Below are positions 59,901-64,000 of a stretch of 64,000 nucleotides of DNA, piece by piece. Within the stretch, counting starts at the first letter, position 1; each line of letters opens with the position of its first letter. Position numbers and translations under genes: made by a program. Under the pieces are notes generated by a model. The model had not been told where the DNA came from. It worked only from the letters and a program-made list of their open reading frames with translations, and did no database searches. The stretch is from IMG/VR virus record IMGVR_UViG_3300045988_177049, positions 32,001-96,000 of that record. One strand, written 5' to 3'. This DNA is from a virus.

Positions 59901-61382
59901 TCAGTACAGTGTCAAAACGTTCGCGTTCGTGTTCTGAGTCGTATTTGAACGGACGTTACGCAACTCAATCTCTAGGTTGAGCAAGTCGGAATACGACGTC
60001 ACCTGATACTCCTTCTTGTGCTCGTAATATGTCTGCCATGAGGCAATAAGATTACTCCGCAAGTCAAGCAACGGCTTGATAAAAGTATCCCGATTGGTAT
60101 AAACGCTGAGTGGCGTTCCGTTATTCAACGTAAACTCGACTTTATCCCAGACGGGCGCAGGAGCGGTGAGTTTTGACTGAGCCTTCATAAAGTCCACATA
60201 GCTCATACCCTTGGGAACAATCCGATCGAGGTACCCCTCGCTGACGTTGCCCTTGCGCCAGTCAAAGTCGTAACCACCGGGAACAACCTTCTTGGACACA
60301 AGTGCCAGCGTCGATTGTCCCGTCTTGCTGCTCTTAGCGTCTTGACCCGTCACCTGATCGCCCGCAATAATCTCCGGCGCAGGCGGATCGTTCAACTTCA
60401 AGATGTTTCCACGGTCATTGACAGTGGTCGTTGCAATCTGGGAATTGTACTGATCAATCTTCGCCAGATCAGCTTGCATCTGAAGCAATTGACCATCCAT
60501 CTTGTCACGCAACTTTTGCTCAGCATCGCGGGTCACAGCCTCGTGATAGACGTTACCGGCGTTGAAATCACTTCCGGCAACACCCAGATTCATCTCGGTA
60601 GACCCAGTTGCCACAGGGTTAAACGCGATCCTGATCTGATCGTACCTCTCAAACGACTTACCTTTGGTGTTTGAATTCTGTGTTGAATCCGACGACGGCC
60701 CAGCCTGAGCGCCAGAACCATCACCCGTGTCCTTATACGAAACCTCACGGTTAATACGCACGATCATATCGAGAATGCGCAGATCGAACTTATTCGGGTT
60801 ATCAAGCACGACACCCATGTATTTCGCATTATTTCCAAAGGTCACATAGCGTGCCGTAATTGGCTGGCCTTTGAGCGAGTAATGGTTCATCTCGGTGTCA
60901 GTGCCGGTGAGGAAGACCTGGTAATCATCAGCGCTTGAAGGAAGACGGTTATCGTCCTTAACCGAGAGCAAGACCATCGTGCGCGTCTTTGACGGATCGG
61001 TGTACACGCCCATAACAGAGCCGCCCACCTGAGTACGCGAGGTGGTAAACGACTGAGTATAAAGAGCTGTTGCTCCGAGCTTTTCTTGTCCGTTTGCATA
61101 CGAGGACACACCTGCTCCTGCAAAAAGAGCAATACCAGTGAAGCCAAAGATGGCAACAGCTACACCAAAACGTTCAATCGCATGGTGGGAATCAAACTTA
61201 TACTTCGTCTGAAATTGTTTGAGTTTGTGGGAAAAACCTGACGGAACTCCCTCACCACCAATGCTTTCTACTGTGCCAGGCTGGGTAGATTCTCCCTGAG
61301 CTTTCTTTCGACGATTCCACGCCATAATAGGATCCTTTCGCATAAATAAACCGAGATTAAGGGACGCACATAAAAACAACAA
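59901..61382 (-). CDS. conjugation-associated bitopic membrane protein (large extracytoplasmic domain)
   Basis: Basic N-terminus, one TM helix (VAVAIFGFTGIALFAGAG), and a ~400-aa extracellular region. Sits immediately upstream of the hydrolase in the T4SS operon. Confidence 0.45.
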   Translation of the reverse strand: MLFLCASLNLGLFMRKDPIMAWNRRKKAQGESTQPGTVESIGGEGVPSGFSHKLKQFQTKYKFDSHHAIERFGVAVAIFGFTGIALFAGAGVSSYANGQEKLGATALYTQSFTTSRTQVGGSVMGVYTDPSKTRTMVLLSVKDDNRLPSSADDYQVFLTGTDTEMNHYSLKGQPITARYVTFGNNAKYMGVVLDNPNKFDLRILDMIVRINREVSYKDTGDGSGAQAGPSSDSTQNSNTKGKSFERYDQIRIAFNPVATGSTEMNLGVAGSDFNAGNVYHEAVTRDAEQKLRDKMDGQLLQMQADLAKIDQYNSQIATTTVNDRGNILKLNDPPAPEIIAGDQVTGQDAKSSKTGQSTLALVSKKVVPGGYDFDWRKGNVSEGYLDRIVPKGMSYVDFMKAQSKLTAPAPVWDKVEFTLNNGTPLSVYTNRDTFIKPLLDLRSNLIASWQTYYEHKKEYQVTSYSDLLNLEIELRNVRSNTTQNTNANVLTLY

Positions 61383-61439
61383 CAGCCGAAGCCGGTTCCC
61401 CGGCCCCGGCTGTGTTGATGGGTTGTGACTTGGTCGCTC

Positions 61440-61805
61440 TTACGGCAAGAAAGTCAACGCATAGGGCAGAATCATTCCGCCGCCAAGTTCTTCGAATGAT
61501 TCCTTTGCACCCTGTGCAATATTCATCACCATCGAAACCCCACCGAACAGGAGCAAGCCACCGAACATGAATGCCAGAAGGATCATGAACCACGAGGTTT
61601 GCTGCGAACCCTGGGTCTGCATGAACTTACCAACAAGTTTGAAGATTGACCAGCCGATCAAGACCAGGCCAAAAATTCCAAGAGCCAGACCGAGATAGGT
61701 CTTTCCTTCACTGAACATCTTTTCCAAGAGAGTCTTTGCACTCCACCCGGATGCAGGCACCATAAGACGAGTCATCGCCTCAGATGCAAGAACGTTGAGA
61801 GACAT
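61440..61805 (-). CDS. small polytopic membrane protein
   Basis: 121 aa with 3-4 TM helices. Confidence 0.45.
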   Translation of the reverse strand: MSLNVLASEAMTRLMVPASGWSAKTLLEKMFSEGKTYLGLALGIFGLVLIGWSIFKLVGKFMQTQGSQQTSWFMILLAFMFGGLLLFGGVSMVMNIAQGAKESFEELGGGMILPYALTFLP

Positions 61806-61996
61806 AATATTAAGTCTCCTTTCTCATCAATCGTACGTACGTATCTTTGACGGCCAGAGCATCATCTGGTTGTCAGATACATCCACTCATGACCTACAAC
61901 CATTGTACACAAAGTGTCTATAACGAGCAAGTGAAACGCCCTCGATCATGTTGGTTATCCAACACAACCGAGGGCGTTGCGTGTGTCACACCACCG

Positions 61997-63979
61997 TCAC
62001 TTCTTGATCGGTGGGATAGACGGGCCACCGCCAGGCTTCATCCCTGTCCCACCTCGTGGAGCAGTCGGAGGCAGGTGAGGTGACGCAGGTGCCTGTGGAC
62101 TAGATGGCTGAGCCGCCAGACGTGGTGCACGACCACGAGCCGGTGCAGCGGGCTGCGTAGGTGCGGGCCTTGGAGCAGGAGCCTGAGCAGGAGCACTGCT
62201 CTGCTGTGGTTGCTGCACCCGGCGCACAGGACGCGGAGCCTCGGCCACCTGACGGTGAGCCTTTGCTTCCTGACCCTTGCTACGAGCTTGCTGGAGATCA
62301 CCAACAGCCTTGCTGCCATCCTGTGCCGCACCAGCCACGTCACCAACAGATGCGCGAGCCGCTGCCTTACCACCGTGATACACAGCCTTCACACCCGAGG
62401 TCAGCTGGGAGCGACGGGCCTTGTCAGCCTTGCTATGAGCGTCCATGGTTTCCCGGATCGATCCGGTGAACGCGCTCACGCCATCACCTTCACCGTTTGC
62501 CACAGTGCTCGATGCAGCAGCGTCCTTTGTATCAGCCTTCGGACCAGCTTCGAGACGGGGCGGTTCAGACAGACCGCCACGGCTATCCACCTCACGAGCG
62601 AGCTGACGATCCGATGCGGAGGTTGTCAGTGCTGTGGAAGGACCACCAGCAGACAATCCCTCATCACGAGAGGCAATACCACCGCTGCCATCACTGAGCA
62701 GCAGACCACCGCCGCCGCTTCCGCCTGGGCTGCTGGGTCCAGCACCCAATGCACCCGGTCCTGCTTCGTCTGGGTTATCCGTACCGTTGATCGACGAACC
62801 GCCAGCAGCGGCTCCACCTGCAACCCCCAGGCCACGCGCGATGCCATCACGAGCAGCAGAAGTGGAACCAAGGCCCCCACGACCGCTCATCAAACGGTTC
62901 GCAGCAGCGCTGCCTACGCCTGCACCAACACCGCTCATCAACGGCATACCCTTGACGCCCCCACCCGGTGGCAAAACGTTCACATCAAGGAACTTATCGA
63001 CAATCTTCGTCACAGCCTCATTCAGACCCTTGACGAAAGCGCCCCTGAAGTGCATCATCTTCACGGTCAAAAGGAGCAGAACAACAGTTGTCACAATCGC
63101 TGTAAACAACGTGACATAACCACTATTGCGCAGATAATCACCGAATCCACCGAGAGAGTTGTACATATGTTCCAAACCACCCTCAAAGATGCTGGGAACC
63201 GAGACGATGAACTCTTGAACCAGTCGATAGATGAACATGGTACCGATGATCTCAGTGATCATCGTAAAGGTGTAGATCAACACCTTAGCGATAGCCGCTA
63301 AAGAACCAAGAGTTGCAAACGGAACCGCCGTAATGATACGCAATGTGTTTCTCACAGCTCCTGTGAGCATACCCAGGGCGTAGCCCAGACCGAGCACGAC
63401 GAAGCAGAAAAGCGTCGTCGATGCATTGAGCCAGTAGAGCCAGTTCACACCAGAGGATCCCACAAGGTTCACCGATGCGTGATACTCACGAGTTGCTTGT
63501 GACACAGCATTGCTCGACGAGTACACAGTCAATGCGTTCTTATCGAACGAAGTGTTCAGATAGTTGTACATCGACAGAGCTGACAAGTTGGCATTAACGC
63601 GTTCTCCACCCTTAACAACACGAGCGCCTGGTGAATCACTTCCCCCTGGGGTCGTAAACGTATAAACGCTACCTGTTTCGCCAAGATCCGCCTTAAGACC
63701 AGAACCAGGCGCAACCGTCAATACAGGGTTATCAGAAGCCTTGAGCTTGTCACACTTCTGATTATCGCCAGACTCTCCAGCCTTCGTCGAACCGTCAGTT
63801 TGGACACCAAACCATGTCGTTGCACAACTTTTAACCAGTGTGCCGTTATCCGAATTAGACGCCGCAGCTTGTCCAAGCGTACCCTTAACAGCCGTCTCAA
63901 AATCCGAGGCTTCATAGCGTTGAGCTGTTGCATAGCGCAGCAACATACCCATTGTTGCGCCATACGTCTTATAGTTCAC
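61997..63979 (-). CDS. VirB6-like polytopic membrane protein with Gly-rich and Pro/Ala-rich C-terminal region
   Basis: Central block of ~6 TM helices (LFCFVVLGLGYALGML ... TLFTAIVTTVVLLLLTV). The C-terminal ~300 aa are G/S/A- then P/A/Q-rich. Confidence 0.5.
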   Translation of the reverse strand: MNYKTYGATMGMLLRYATAQRYEASDFETAVKGTLGQAAASNSDNGTLVKSCATTWFGVQTDGSTKAGESGDNQKCDKLKASDNPVLTVAPGSGLKADLGETGSVYTFTTPGGSDSPGARVVKGGERVNANLSALSMYNYLNTSFDKNALTVYSSSNAVSQATREYHASVNLVGSSGVNWLYWLNASTTLFCFVVLGLGYALGMLTGAVRNTLRIITAVPFATLGSLAAIAKVLIYTFTMITEIIGTMFIYRLVQEFIVSVPSIFEGGLEHMYNSLGGFGDYLRNSGYVTLFTAIVTTVVLLLLTVKMMHFRGAFVKGLNEAVTKIVDKFLDVNVLPPGGGVKGMPLMSGVGAGVGSAAANRLMSGRGGLGSTSAARDGIARGLGVAGGAAAGGSSINGTDNPDEAGPGALGAGPSSPGGSGGGGLLLSDGSGGIASRDEGLSAGGPSTALTTSASDRQLAREVDSRGGLSEPPRLEAGPKADTKDAAASSTVANGEGDGVSAFTGSIRETMDAHSKADKARRSQLTSGVKAVYHGGKAAARASVGDVAGAAQDGSKAVGDLQQARSKGQEAKAHRQVAEAPRPVRRVQQPQQSSAPAQAPAPRPAPTQPAAPARGRAPRLAAQPSSPQAPASPHLPPTAPRGGTGMKPGGGPSIPPIKK

Positions 63980-64000
63980 ACCACTGTCTTGCGATTCATC

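Noticed and set aside
62210-63301. 363-aa plus-strand ORF
   Set aside because: It is antisense to the VirB6-like polytopic membrane protein gene. Shadow ORF.

Overview
High-GC Gram-positive (probably actinobacterial) DNA, almost entirely coding. It reads as part of a conjugative element (ICE or plasmid), not chromosome core or a prophage: no capsid, tail or terminase genes are recognisable.

Strand blocks:
(i) 1-25.4 kb, plus strand: a replication/recombination 'accessory' block. It holds a partial family-B-like DNA polymerase, VRR-NUC nuclease, NrdH-like redoxin, SNF2 helicase, RarA, a PrimPol-like protein, a MoxR-like AAA+ ATPase with a vWA partner, a ClpA/B-like ATPase, a UvrD-like helicase split by a group I intron carrying a LAGLIDADG homing endonuclease, and a MazF/PemK-like toxin followed by an ImmA/IrrE protease and a Panacea(DUF4065) antitoxin-like gene.
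(ii) 25.4-36.1 kb, minus strand: an HU-like protein and four consecutive genes whose products share an acidic C-terminal '...GFEL' tail. One is an 1817-aa single-chain protein with both double-psi beta-barrel signatures of multisubunit RNA polymerases (beta-like GDKxxxxHGNKGVIS and beta-prime-like DFDGD).
(iii) 36.3-41.0 kb, plus strand: an LAXTG sortase-anchored surface protein, an HNH nuclease, and a zinc-ribbon-repeat protein with a Vsr/DUF559-like nuclease domain.
(iv) 41.1-64.0 kb, minus strand: a Gram-positive-type conjugation module. It holds a VirD4-like coupling protein, a second ClpA/B-like ATPase split by two inteins inserted exactly at the two P-loops, a MOBP-like relaxase, two acidic proteins ending in an SSB-tail-like 'EPEF', a CwlT-like bifunctional cell-wall hydrolase and a VirB6-like polytopic membrane protein.

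The leads I rate highest are the conjugative-element-encoded single-chain two-barrel RNAP, the shared C-terminal tails on a set of large proteins (candidate secretion/unfoldase recognition tags), the intein-laden Clp-like ATPase sitting between the coupling protein and the relaxase, and the MazF-ImmA-Panacea locus.
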